This document shows positions 49,317-60,571 of a stretch of DNA of 64,000 nt, piece after piece (within the stretch, counting starts at the first letter, position 1; each line of letters starts with the position of its first letter). The stretch spans positions 187,142-251,141 of the forward strand of contig JAFUBQ010000003.1 of the NCBI GenBank assembly GCA_017460085.1, written 5' to 3'. The stretch comes from Alphaproteobacteria bacterium (GTDB lineage: Bacteria > Pseudomonadota > Alphaproteobacteria > RF32 > CAG-239). Under the pieces are notes generated by a model that did no database searches, was not told the origin of the DNA, and was given only the letters and a program-made list of their open reading frames with translations. A program made the translations under genes and the position numbers.

Positions 49317-49982
49317 TTAAAAATCCAAATTTGCATAATTTTTTGACGGATAAATGCCCTTAATGCGGTCATTAAGAATTTCTTTGAAACTCGGACGAGA
49401 TTTAATTTTGGAATACCATAATTTAGCATTTTTATAGTCTTCCCATGGCACATCTCCCAAATAATCTATTAACGAAAGCTGGGCTGCCGCGCTGATATCT
49501 GCCATAGTCAGTTCACTTCCGGCTAAATAATTATTGCGTTCTACTAACCAATCGATATATTCTAAATGAAAGCGCAAATTATTTATTCCGGCTTTAATTC
49601 GCTTATTGTCCGGTGACAATTTTAAAGCAAATCGTTTATAAATTTTTTCTCCGCCGATATATTGATAAACGTCACGATAAAATTTATTATCAAACCAATC
49701 AATCAAGCGGCGAATTTCCGCCCGCTGTTTATTGTTGCCGCTAATCAACCTATTTTGCGTATATGTTTCTTCTAAAAATTCGGTAATGGCATAGTTTCCG
49801 GCAATAATGTTGCCATCATATATAAAAATAGGCAATTCACCCGCCGGATTAATTTTCATAATATCTGCAGAAAGATGCCACGGATTTTCTTCTTTCAAAA
49901 CGAACAGCATCTTTTTTTCTGACATCAAAATTCTAATTTTCCGACAATGCGGCAAAACACTGTTATGTACCAAAAGAACCAT
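49317..49982 (-). CDS. Glutathione S-transferase-family protein
   Basis: N-terminal thioredoxin-like half (INPAGELP) and a C-terminal helical half. Confidence 0.6.
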   Translation of the reverse strand: MVLLVHNSVLPHCRKIRILMSEKKMLFVLKEENPWHLSADIMKINPAGELPIFIYDGNIIAGNYAITEFLEETYTQNRLISGNNKQRAEIRRLIDWFDNKFYRDVYQYIGGEKIYKRFALKLSPDNKRIKAGINNLRFHLEYIDWLVERNNYLAGSELTMADISAAAQLSLIDYLGDVPWEDYKNAKLWYSKIKSRPSFKEILNDRIKGIYPSKNYANLDF

Positions 49983-49992
49983 AATTCCCCTC

Positions 49993-50979
49993 CTATATTC
50001 CCTCTAACACTTCATCAAACGATTTTTGCTCATTTTTCTTTTCAATAATATGTCCGAGCGGTTGTTTATTTTCCTGAACGTCTTCTGCCGGTTTTTCTTC
50101 CGTTTTATTTTCAGCATGAGCAAACGACGGCGGTACAATTCCGGCATTTTGCGCCACCACGTTTTCAACCATTCTTAAAATTTCAGCTTTAACGGCATTT
50201 CCAAATTCCGGATTGCTAAAAGCTTGTTGAAATGCTTTTTCATAAAGCGAAAATTTTGGCGTTGTCTTAGACATAGCAATAAAAACCGGAATTTTAAACA
50301 ATGGTTTTTTAGAATAGCTTAAAAACGAATCCAAGCCATATTTACTGGACGTAATTCGATGATAATATAATCCGCCGATAATATAATCGACTTGTTCGGT
50401 GAAAAGTTTTTCATATGCATCTAGAGGTGCAGCCACATGCTCCACATTAAGTTCTTTAATTTTTCGTGCGCTGAAGTCATTATAAATTTCCGTATCAACA
50501 ACAATTCCGTGCAATTTTTTTAATGTTTCATAATCGCCGATTTTTTGCGCATTTTCTGGTAAAGTAATAATATGTATTGGGTTGGAAACAACTGCCGGAT
50601 AAATCAGGCTCAATCCTTTATATATTTTAGTATCGGCATAAGCTCCTATGTATAAGTTATATTCACCAAATTGGGTTTGAAAAGATAATTTATCTAAATC
50701 AGGGTGTGAAGTATAATTAAATTCCACTGCTTCTAATTTTGCCGGATGCGCTTTAAATGCGTCACGCAACGGTGCCAAAAATGCACTCTCTAAATAAATA
50801 TTCCCTTTTGATACTTCATAATCGGCAAAAGGCGGAAAATCATTATGTCCGACAATTGTCAGTTTATCGCTTAAATAGTCTATACGCTGAACCATTGAGT
50901 TATGCTGAGCGACGGCTATTGTGGCCACATTAAATGCCAATGCCGTTAAAAACACCCAAATTAAGCTTTTTTTCCACAT
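49993..50979 (-). CDS. Periplasmic solute-binding-protein-like (family 3) protein with no transporter partner nearby
   Basis: Signal peptide and a two-lobed SBP-like length and composition. No permease or ATPase genes nearby. Confidence 0.4.
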   Translation of the reverse strand: MWKKSLIWVFLTALAFNVATIAVAQHNSMVQRIDYLSDKLTIVGHNDFPPFADYEVSKGNIYLESAFLAPLRDAFKAHPAKLEAVEFNYTSHPDLDKLSFQTQFGEYNLYIGAYADTKIYKGLSLIYPAVVSNPIHIITLPENAQKIGDYETLKKLHGIVVDTEIYNDFSARKIKELNVEHVAAPLDAYEKLFTEQVDYIIGGLYYHRITSSKYGLDSFLSYSKKPLFKIPVFIAMSKTTPKFSLYEKAFQQAFSNPEFGNAVKAEILRMVENVVAQNAGIVPPSFAHAENKTEEKPAEDVQENKQPLGHIIEKKNEQKSFDEVLEGI

Positions 50980-51091
50980 TCTTCATACCCCTTTGGCTTA
51001 TTGTAAATAAATTGTGTTAAAAAGATTTTAATTCTTTGCATAAAAACAATAGTTTTGTATCATTATATAAACATAAAAGTAAAAACTCAAG

Positions 51092-51889
51092 ATGATAAAT
51101 ATAGATAAAAATTTATTTTTACAACATCCAAAAAACATTATTGCCATAACATCAGGTGTTGGCAGTATGGGTAAAACTTGGCTCGCAACCACCTTGGCTC
51201 AAGCACTTAATATGCATAAGCGCAGTGTGCTTTTAGTTGATGGCGGGGGAGGTTTGGCAAATTTAGACTATCAACTTAATCTTTCAGCAAAACAAACTAT
51301 TAACGAGGTTGTTGATGGTGCCATAACCATTAATCAAGCGCTTATTCCTATCAATAAGCGTAAATTTGATGTTTTAACCGCTTCTTCCGGCAGCGATTTA
51401 TTGGAAGGTCTTTCGGTTGGGCAATTGCAGATTCTGCGAGAAGATTTGTTAGCCGTGGCGCAAAATTATCAATATACAATTATTGATTTGCCGTCATCAG
51501 AAAAAATTATTAAGCAACTGATGCCGCCACAAATTAATTTGCTGGTGGTTTGTACCGATGACCCGTCAAACTTGGTTGCCACATATAATTTTTTGCAAAG
51601 TGATAATATTAATAATAATTATGCAAATTTGCAAATTGTGGTAAATTATGCTTCTTCTTATGAAGGGGGGTTAAGAACATATAATACATTGCGTCAGGCG
51701 TGCGAGCAATTTGTGCGTCAAACTCCGCCTTTATGCGGTGTTATACGGCGCGATACACGGGTTCGTGATGCTATTCGTAATAATGTGTTGTTGCTTAATC
51801 GCTATCCGAATGCCGAAGCCGCCGAAGATGTTATGAAGATTGCCGCCCAATTTATAGAACAGGAGAAAGAAGATGGATTTTCCTTTTGA
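51092..51889 (+). CDS. ParA/MinD-superfamily P-loop ATPase with a degenerate deviant Walker A
   Basis: IIAITSGVGSMGKTWLAT instead of the canonical xKGGxGK[ST]. Overall fold and length are like MinD/FlhG/ParA. Confidence 0.6.
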   Translation: MINIDKNLFLQHPKNIIAITSGVGSMGKTWLATTLAQALNMHKRSVLLVDGGGGLANLDYQLNLSAKQTINEVVDGAITINQALIPINKRKFDVLTASSGSDLLEGLSVGQLQILREDLLAVAQNYQYTIIDLPSSEKIIKQLMPPQINLLVVCTDDPSNLVATYNFLQSDNINNNYANLQIVVNYASSYEGGLRTYNTLRQACEQFVRQTPPLCGVIRRDTRVRDAIRNNVLLLNRYPNAEAAEDVMKIAAQFIEQEKEDGFSF

Positions 51890-53021
51890 CCCGCTGGGAT
51901 ATTATAAAGCTTTAGAAGCAGATATAGATGCCGATGCAGAGACCATCAAAAAGCAGTATTATGAACGTGCAAAATTTTGGCATCCTGACCACAATGAAAA
52001 TAAAAATGCGTTGGAAATGTTCCAAAAAGTTTCTGTTGCATATGATATTTTGAAAGATGTCAAATTGCGCCGTTGGTATGATTTATTGGCTATAGTTTAC
52101 CGAAGTTGCGATTTTCCTATGTTGGGCTCATTAAAGGTGTATAAAAATCAGCATGGTAAAGAAGATAAAGCTTTGCGGGTTTTAAAACAAAGACGTGTAC
52201 AACCGAGCATTAAAGGTTCAAAAGTGGTTGAAACCAAAGATGTTTGCAATTTTAAGGAAGCGATGTCTTTAGTTGGTAAAACCTCTCGGGCAAACTGGCT
52301 GGGCGGATGGTGGGCGCCTGACGCGTTTTTCAAAAATATTTCCGCCATACAATATAACCGCCGTGCCGCTAAAGCCGAAAATATGGATAATTTGCAGCTG
52401 CTCATACATAATGCTGTTGCCTATGAGCAAGAAAATAATGTTGAAATGGCATGGCTTTATGCTAATCAAGCATATATATTGGCCGAAAAACTACAGCATA
52501 ACCGTGCTTTAACTTTATTAACACATTACATTAAAGAATTAAATTTTCGACCGACGAAGATTGTAAAACTGCCAACATGGCAAGTTCGTGAGCTGAAATG
52601 GCGGCAAAACATTATGCCGATTATTGTATTTTTGATATTGGCAATTTTTGTTGCTACCAAAATTACTACCGAATATCTGCCGCAAGGGTATTTTTCTACG
52701 TTTGAAATGGATAACGGGCAGCTTATGGCATATGATATGATTGATAAGCATGTGATGAAAGTTAGTAGTGATATAACAAGTCGGGAATATTTATACCACA
52801 TTACCGAAGATTGTTTGCTTTATCACGGACCTGATGAGCGCTATCAGCCTATGGCTTACGGCATTGCTGGACAAACCGTGCGCATATATGGTTATATGCC
52901 TGATAAAACTTGGTATAAAGTTATTACAGATAATGGTGAAATGGGGTTTATATCGGCAAAAATGTTACAAAAAGGAATTGGCAAACCGGTGCCTTATGGC
53001 AGCCATGTTTATAAAGAATAA
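51873..53021 (+). CDS. J-domain (DnaJ-like) membrane protein with a C-terminal SH3-like domain
   Basis: HPD motif in a J-domain (KKQYYERAKFWHPDHN), a central TM (IMPIIVFLILAIFVA), and a C-terminal SH3b-like region. 17-nt overlap with the upstream ATPase gene. Confidence 0.65.
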   Translation: MDFPFDPLGYYKALEADIDADAETIKKQYYERAKFWHPDHNENKNALEMFQKVSVAYDILKDVKLRRWYDLLAIVYRSCDFPMLGSLKVYKNQHGKEDKALRVLKQRRVQPSIKGSKVVETKDVCNFKEAMSLVGKTSRANWLGGWWAPDAFFKNISAIQYNRRAAKAENMDNLQLLIHNAVAYEQENNVEMAWLYANQAYILAEKLQHNRALTLLTHYIKELNFRPTKIVKLPTWQVRELKWRQNIMPIIVFLILAIFVATKITTEYLPQGYFSTFEMDNGQLMAYDMIDKHVMKVSSDITSREYLYHITEDCLLYHGPDERYQPMAYGIAGQTVRIYGYMPDKTWYKVITDNGEMGFISAKMLQKGIGKPVPYGSHVYKE

Positions 53022-54161
<1,140 letters not shown>

Positions 54162-54164
54162 ACA

Positions 54165-55160
54165 ATGAAACATGACCGCACTGATGAAATGATGCCGCGC
54201 CATTTGGTAAAATCTACTCCCAATGCGCCAAAAGATGAAGATAAAGTAATTAAAAAATTTAAGGAACAAAACAGCAAAGACGGAATTCGTGTATTTGTTG
54301 CCGGAGGTTCGCGTTCCGGTAACGACTCGCAATATATTGAAGAAGCATACCGCTTAGGGCAAAAAATTGTTAAAATGGATTTTAAGCTGGATTTCGGACT
54401 TTCTAACAGCGGTATTATGGGAGCGGTGGCACGCGGCGTTTTAGACAGTTGGAATGCCAAAGAAAACAAAGAAAGTGCACCAATCCAAGGTATTACCACA
54501 GAAGAATATATAAAGCTCTATCCCAGCGATGATGAATTAATCGCCAAAATGGAAGTGGTTGTGGCGCGCACTTTGGAAGAACGCAAACAAAAGCTGCTTA
54601 ATGCCGACTATGTGGTGTTTGCTCCCGGCGGCGTAGGCACTTTGGATGAATTGGCATATGATTGCGTGGCAATGCAAGATGGTTTGCTGCCTATAAAACC
54701 TTTTATTATTTTTAATATAAACGGATACTTTTATCACCTTTTGGAATTTTTAAAAATCATAACCCATGAAGGTTTTGCCGATCCGGTCCCGTTTATTGTG
54801 GTTGATAATGCCGAAGAACTTGAAATTGCCTTTCGCTTGCTGAAAAAAATGTGCTATAAATGTTCCGGAAGCAAAGAAAATTATGCCAATGCCCGTTTGC
54901 TCATTTATAAACTTCCATATTACATTAAGCAAAAAAATATTTATAACCGCAATGTGGAAGATTGTTTGACTGAGGTTCAAAACATTGAAAAAAACGGCAC
55001 CGCAGAAGAAAAACAAGCTTTGGTTGCCGATATTGAAACCGCCTTCTTAGAACGCGAAATAGAAAAAATGTATGCCCGCTTGGTGGTTGCAGGCAAAGAC
55101 ACCGGAATTGTTAGTGATAAACTGACTAAAATGAAAAAACGCCATCGGGAGATTTTATAA
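54165..55160 (+). CDS. LOG-family (TIGR00730) Rossmann protein with a roughly 130-aa C-terminal extension
   Basis: GIMGAVARG and PGGVGTLDEL motifs. Confidence 0.55.
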   Translation: MKHDRTDEMMPRHLVKSTPNAPKDEDKVIKKFKEQNSKDGIRVFVAGGSRSGNDSQYIEEAYRLGQKIVKMDFKLDFGLSNSGIMGAVARGVLDSWNAKENKESAPIQGITTEEYIKLYPSDDELIAKMEVVVARTLEERKQKLLNADYVVFAPGGVGTLDELAYDCVAMQDGLLPIKPFIIFNINGYFYHLLEFLKIITHEGFADPVPFIVVDNAEELEIAFRLLKKMCYKCSGSKENYANARLLIYKLPYYIKQKNIYNRNVEDCLTEVQNIEKNGTAEEKQALVADIETAFLEREIEKMYARLVVAGKDTGIVSDKLTKMKKRHREIL

Positions 55161-55162
55161 GA

Positions 55163-56902
55163 GTGAACGTTTTTGCTTTTATTTTCAAATATTTACGCAA
55201 AACAAAAATGCTGGCAACCATTATTATGCTTTCGGTTATCGGTCACGCGGTCATTTTGCGCTTTGAATCTTTTTATATGGCGCGTGCCTTGGGCTTGTTG
55301 CCGGAATATCTTAAAGATTCCGGTGTTTTGCGGCACATCATTATCGCTTTAGCAATTTATATGACGCTAATTGCTATTGATAGCCTGCTTGATTTAACCG
55401 TCCGCATTGCACAAGCAAAGTTTCTGCCATATTTTAACAGCCTTATTTTTAAGGATTTATTCAAAACCGTTCACCATCATTCCATAACATTTTTTCAAGA
55501 AGAAATGTCCGGTAAAATTGCGGCTAAAGTTAAAAATGTGGTCAGCGGCACGGCGCAAATTTGCCGCATGACAGCCTTTGCGCTGGTTAATCCGCTTATT
55601 GGTGTTATGGTCAGCATTGTGTTTATTATGTGTGTTAATATTTTGCTCGGACTAATTTTCGCCGTGATGAATATCATCTTTATTATATTGGCATGTTTTA
55701 TTCGCTACCGTGTTGGCAAATATGCCTATAATCGTGCGCACCTAATGACTGAAACCGAAGGGATTTTTATTGATACGGTTACCAACAGTGATTTATTAAA
55801 AAGTTTTGCCAATTATTTTTATGAAAAGCACTATTTTTATCGCAGTTTACGCCAAGCCGTGCGTGCTGAACAAGTGGAAAATCGCCAAGATTCGGTTTAT
55901 AACTGGATTGGTAACAGTTGTTTTGATTTTATGCGCATAATCTATATAGGGTTGATTTTTTATTTTTGGTTCAAATTTAATTTACCTTTAGAAGGCGTAT
56001 TGCTCTGCTTCACGCTCATCAGCCGTATGGTGCACGATATGTATGGCTTCGGCTGGTTAGCCGGTGAATTTTCACGCGCTTGCGGTCAAGTTAAAGACGG
56101 CTTGGAGATGATATATACGCCATGCACAGTGGTCGATTGTAAAAACGCTAAACCGCTTAAAATGCGCGGCAAAACCATTATTTTTGATAATATTACTTAT
56201 CACTATAATCATAAAGAAAATTTATTCAATAAATTCACGCTTAAAATAAAATCAGGCGAAAAAGTTGGTTTGGTCGGCCATTCCGGCAGCGGAAAATCTA
56301 CATTGATTAAACTTTTAGTGCGCTATTATGATTTGCAAAGCGGCAAAATTAGCGTGGGCGGCCAAGATATATCTCAAGTACGGCAGGAAAGTTTGCGCGC
56401 GCATATTGCCGTTATTCCGCAAGATACAGCTTTATTCAACCGTACCATTATGGAAAACATACGCTACGGTAATGTCAAAGCCACTGATGAAGAAGTGATA
56501 AAGGCAGCAAAAATGGCATATGCCGACGAGTTTATCCTCAAACTTCCGCACGGATATCAAAGTAAAGTCGGCGAGCGCGGTGTTATGCTTTCAGGCGGTG
56601 AACGCCAGCGCATTGCCATTGCCCGCGCTATTTTGAAAAATGCACCAATTCTAATCTTAGATGAAGCCACATCTGCGCTTGATAGCGAAAGTGAGCAATA
56701 CATTCAAAAATCGCTCAAAAAACTGATGCAGGGCAAAACCGTTATTGCTATTGCCCACCGGCTGTCTACCTTGAAAGAAATGGATCGTCTTGTGGTCATG
56801 GATAATGGTAAAATTATAGAAGAAGGAGCGCATGATAAATTGCTGCAAACACAAGGTGCATACGCTCAATTCTACCAAATGCAAAATCTTTCTAAATTTT
56901 AA
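55163..56902 (+). CDS. ABC exporter, fused TMD-NBD (MsbA-like family)
   Basis: GTG start. 6-TM domain followed by Walker A GHSGSGKST, LSGGERQR and ILILDEATS. Confidence 0.8.
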   Translation: MNVFAFIFKYLRKTKMLATIIMLSVIGHAVILRFESFYMARALGLLPEYLKDSGVLRHIIIALAIYMTLIAIDSLLDLTVRIAQAKFLPYFNSLIFKDLFKTVHHHSITFFQEEMSGKIAAKVKNVVSGTAQICRMTAFALVNPLIGVMVSIVFIMCVNILLGLIFAVMNIIFIILACFIRYRVGKYAYNRAHLMTETEGIFIDTVTNSDLLKSFANYFYEKHYFYRSLRQAVRAEQVENRQDSVYNWIGNSCFDFMRIIYIGLIFYFWFKFNLPLEGVLLCFTLISRMVHDMYGFGWLAGEFSRACGQVKDGLEMIYTPCTVVDCKNAKPLKMRGKTIIFDNITYHYNHKENLFNKFTLKIKSGEKVGLVGHSGSGKSTLIKLLVRYYDLQSGKISVGGQDISQVRQESLRAHIAVIPQDTALFNRTIMENIRYGNVKATDEEVIKAAKMAYADEFILKLPHGYQSKVGERGVMLSGGERQRIAIARAILKNAPILILDEATSALDSESEQYIQKSLKKLMQGKTVIAIAHRLSTLKEMDRLVVMDNGKIIEEGAHDKLLQTQGAYAQFYQMQNLSKF

Positions 56903-56909
56903 TTATAGC

Positions 56910-58127
56910 TTAAAGTGCTCGTAAAAGTTCATCGCGTGTTAAACGAAAACCGCTGTCTATCCATTGTTGCTCCAGCGCATTTAAAACTCTGCCGACATGT
57001 TCGCCGTTACCGATACGGCCGATTAAGTCGCGTCCGCGCAAAGGAAAAATCGGCACAACCGTATCTTCAATTTCGCGCAAAATAGAATTAAGTGTAGGTA
57101 TTTGAACTCCATCAATAGCGGCTGAAAGCAGAATTTTATCAATGGTAAATTGTTTGCCGTAACGATACACAAATTTCAAGCGCTCATAAGCCGATGCGGC
57201 TATGTTTGTATTAAGTGAAATTTTAGCCCATTTAATAAATGTTTCTTTTTGTTTTTTGGTAAAACGCAATGTATTGGCAATATTTTCTGCCTCAGATACA
57301 TTAGGCTGATATAATACAAACAAGCGTCGTAAAAAATTGCCTTCATATTTTGCATCGGCAACAATTTTGGTTAAACGTTCAAGAGCATATAAGTGCTGTG
57401 ATGGCGGCAAAAAAAATCCTAAAATATCATTATCATAAATAAGTTTTAGTGCCATACAAACATTCGGAGTAACTAAAAGCTTGAATAATTCATCACGCAC
57501 TTGCTCAATAGCCACACATCGCAACTTATTTTTAAATTTAATGCAGGCATTTAAAGATGGTATATCAAGCGGAGCTTTACCGAATTTTGCATAAAAACGG
57601 AAAAAACGCATAATGCGCAGCGGGTCTTCTTTAATACGTTCTTCAGCGTTGCCGATAAAGCGTACAATGCCTTTTTCCAAATCGTCAATACCATTATAAT
57701 AGTCAAAAATATTGCCGTGCAAATCGGCATATACGGCATTTATGGTTAAATCGCGTGTAGCAGCGTCAGCACTCCAATCATCGGTAAAAACCTCGGAATA
57801 TTGACCGTTAACCAAAATACGCCGTTTTAGTGAAGCAACCTCTAAAATTTGGTTATCAATAACAACACCGGTGGTTGCCGTTTTTAAACCGATGGGAACA
57901 GTTTTCAGATGAAAATCTAAACATGCCTCCATAAGTTCATCAGGCGATAAATCGGTTGCCAAGTCTAAGTCGAAACCACTTAATCCTGCCAAAGTATCAC
58001 GCACGGCACCGCCAACAAAGCGTATGGTTCCGCCGTGGTCTTCCACCGCCTGAAAAAGCTTGGCAACATTCTTTGTGCGCACCAAAGGTGAAACATCTAA
58101 ATATTCCGATTTCATCATTGTTAACAA
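56910..58127 (-). CDS. CCA-adding enzyme / poly(A) polymerase-family nucleotidyltransferase
   Basis: GGAVRD...DLDLAT head-domain motif. Confidence 0.75.
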   Translation of the reverse strand: MLTMMKSEYLDVSPLVRTKNVAKLFQAVEDHGGTIRFVGGAVRDTLAGLSGFDLDLATDLSPDELMEACLDFHLKTVPIGLKTATTGVVIDNQILEVASLKRRILVNGQYSEVFTDDWSADAATRDLTINAVYADLHGNIFDYYNGIDDLEKGIVRFIGNAEERIKEDPLRIMRFFRFYAKFGKAPLDIPSLNACIKFKNKLRCVAIEQVRDELFKLLVTPNVCMALKLIYDNDILGFFLPPSQHLYALERLTKIVADAKYEGNFLRRLFVLYQPNVSEAENIANTLRFTKKQKETFIKWAKISLNTNIAASAYERLKFVYRYGKQFTIDKILLSAAIDGVQIPTLNSILREIEDTVVPIFPLRGRDLIGRIGNGEHVGRVLNALEQQWIDSGFRLTRDELLRAL

Positions 58128-58213
58128 ACTTTCATATTTTTTTGCAATTTTTTAACTGTTTATATATAATTTTTTTATATAATCCAAGTAAATTAATTTA
58201 AAAGGATACAAAA

Positions 58214-58723
58214 ATGTTGAGATTTTTATGCATAGTGAGCGCTTTAGTTTTAACCTTTGCCACAACAGCATCGGCCGCACAGCCGCAAGTTTTAAGCGAA
58301 TCCGGAGATTGGACTGCATGGACTTACAGCGATGGAGGAAATTTGATTTGCTATATGTCATCAACCCCGAAAAAAGATGAGGGGAAATACACTAAGCGCG
58401 GAGATATATATGTTATTATTACGCACCGTCCGGCAGAAAAATCGTTTGATGAGGTAAGTTTTATTGCCGGATATCAATTTAAATCAGGTGCGCCGATGAC
58501 TATTAAAATCGGTAACAAAACTTTCAAAAATACCTTTACTGAAGGTGATAAAGCATGGATGGTCAGCGCCACCGAAGATAAAAATTTAATTGCTGAAATG
58601 AAGCGCGGCAGCCGTATGATTGTTGATGGTGTATCAAGCCGCGGCACTGCCACCAAAGATACTTATTCGCTTAAAGGTTTTACTTCGGCGTATAATACCA
58701 TTACGGCTAAATGCAAAAAATAA
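58214..58723 (+). CDS. Invasion-associated locus B (IalB)-family periplasmic protein
   Basis: Signal peptide ...ASA. Size and motif spacing are typical of IalB/PF06776. Confidence 0.45.
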   Translation: MLRFLCIVSALVLTFATTASAAQPQVLSESGDWTAWTYSDGGNLICYMSSTPKKDEGKYTKRGDIYVIITHRPAEKSFDEVSFIAGYQFKSGAPMTIKIGNKTFKNTFTEGDKAWMVSATEDKNLIAEMKRGSRMIVDGVSSRGTATKDTYSLKGFTSAYNTITAKCKK

Positions 58724-59787
58724 TGGCAGATAAAACAGAACTTATAGGTCTTGATAAAGACGAATTGCAAAAGGCTTTAACCGCTATCGGTGAAAAGCCT
58801 TTTCGCGCAAAACAGCTATGGCAATGGCTATATTATTTTGGTGAAACAGATTTTGATAAGATGACGAACTTATCAAAGAATTTGCGCCAAAAGCTCAAAG
58901 AAAATTTTACCATTACACGCCCGAAAATTATTACCGAGCAACTTTCAAGTGATAAAACGCGTAAATGGCTTTTAGAATTTGCGGACGGTGAGCGGGTGGA
59001 GATGGTTTACATTCCGGAAGAAGACCGTGGTGCGGTTTGTATTTCTACCCAAGTTGGTTGCGCGGTTGGATGTAAATTTTGCCACACCGGCAGCCAAAAG
59101 CTAACGCGTAATTTAAGCGCGGCGGAAATTGTCAGCCAGTTTATGGTGGCACGTGATACTTATGGCGAATGGCCGAGCCCTACACAAGAAACACGCTATT
59201 TATCCAATATTGTGGTAATGGGTATGGGTGAACCTTTGCATAACAGAGAAAATGTCATTAAGGCACTAAATATTATAACCGACGGTGATGGTATTGCCAT
59301 ATCGCGCCGGCGGGTAACGCTTTCAACATCGGGAATTGCGCCGCACATTGTTTCAACCTTGCAGGCAACCGGTGTGCGTTTAGCGGTTTCTCTTCATGCC
59401 CCTAATGATAACTTGCGCTCAACAATTATGCCAATTAACCGGCGCTACTCAATAGATGAAGTTTTGAGTGCGTGTCGTGAATATCAGGCCGGTGACGGTA
59501 GCCGCTATATTACATTTGAATATTTGCTGCTTGATGGAATAAACGACTCGGCAGAGTGCGCTCAGCAATTAATTGCTTTGATGAAAAAATATGGTCTGCG
59601 GGCAAGTTTTAATTTAATACCGTTTAATCCGTGGCCGGGGAGTGCATTTAAGCCAAGCTCAAACAGCAAGGTGCGTGCGTTTGCAAAAATTTTGGCTGAT
59701 GCCGGATTTGCTGCTCCAATACGAGTAGCACGCGGTCAAGATATCCTCGCCGCGTGCGGTCAGTTAAAATCAGCAAATAAGCAGTAA
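58723..59787 (+). CDS. rlmN: 23S rRNA/tRNA m2A methyltransferase, radical SAM
   Basis: CAVGCKFCHTG radical-SAM cluster. TAATG overlap with the upstream gene. Confidence 0.9.
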   Translation: MADKTELIGLDKDELQKALTAIGEKPFRAKQLWQWLYYFGETDFDKMTNLSKNLRQKLKENFTITRPKIITEQLSSDKTRKWLLEFADGERVEMVYIPEEDRGAVCISTQVGCAVGCKFCHTGSQKLTRNLSAAEIVSQFMVARDTYGEWPSPTQETRYLSNIVVMGMGEPLHNRENVIKALNIITDGDGIAISRRRVTLSTSGIAPHIVSTLQATGVRLAVSLHAPNDNLRSTIMPINRRYSIDEVLSACREYQAGDGSRYITFEYLLLDGINDSAECAQQLIALMKKYGLRASFNLIPFNPWPGSAFKPSSNSKVRAFAKILADAGFAAPIRVARGQDILAACGQLKSANKQ

Positions 59788-59794
59788 AACACGC

Positions 59795-60109
59795 TTATTT
59801 ATGAGATTCTATCCACGATAATAGGGTAGATTCGGTGTTTAATCCCACTTTTGTATCAACTTGTTTTCCGTCTTTAAACAGGAACAAAGTAGGGATACTA
59901 CGAATGCCGAATTGGCTGGCAACTTGCGGCGAATCATCAACATTCATTTTATAAACTTTAACATCGCTGAGTTGGCTGTCAATTGACTCCAAAATTGGCC
60001 CCAGTTGACGACACGGACCGCACCATTCGGCCCAAAAATCTACTAAAACTAGACCTTTTGAATTTAATACATTTTCTGAAAATTGGCTGTCTGTTAACGG
60101 CTGCGTCAT
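59795..60109 (-). CDS. trxA: Thioredoxin
   Basis: WAEWCGPCR active site. Start MTQPLTD with AAGGAG RBS; the track ORF is extended. Confidence 0.85.
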   Translation of the reverse strand: MTQPLTDSQFSENVLNSKGLVLVDFWAEWCGPCRQLGPILESIDSQLSDVKVYKMNVDDSPQVASQFGIRSIPTLFLFKDGKQVDTKVGLNTESTLLSWIESHK

Positions 60110-60571
60110 TTTTTTCTCCTTTATATCCTTTATATATGTTAAAACCGTAAGCAATATATAAGTTGCTTTTTTATAGTATTAAAGGTTCTTTTGAAAAATA
60201 CAATACTTTTTTATAGATATGCTAACTTTGGCACATAAGTATAAAGCACTATAAATATAAAAAGATGTTAAAGGTTTGGCTTTATCTACTTATATTATAT
60301 ATAATATCGGAATGCTCTGCTGGATTTTATATGGCATCTATCTGCATTCTGCACAAATGATTATATTTAACAGTATTTCGTTTATTTTTTCTTCAATCAT
60401 TTTATATATGATTATAACACAGAAAAAGTAGCTTTCTTATATTTTTTGCTTGCTAATAAAATAATTTTTTGTTACAATATAGACAAATGGATAAAAAGTG
60501 CAATTTTTTGGTTGAGCAGAATATTCATTCAGAGCCAGAGGTGGTTTTAATTTTGCGCGGGAGTGATGAAA

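Noticed and set aside
60312-60431. 39-aa hydrophobic small ORF as an annotated gene
   Set aside because: There is no convincing RBS, and AT-rich DNA yields such ORFs by chance. It is kept only as a hypothesis within the island finding.
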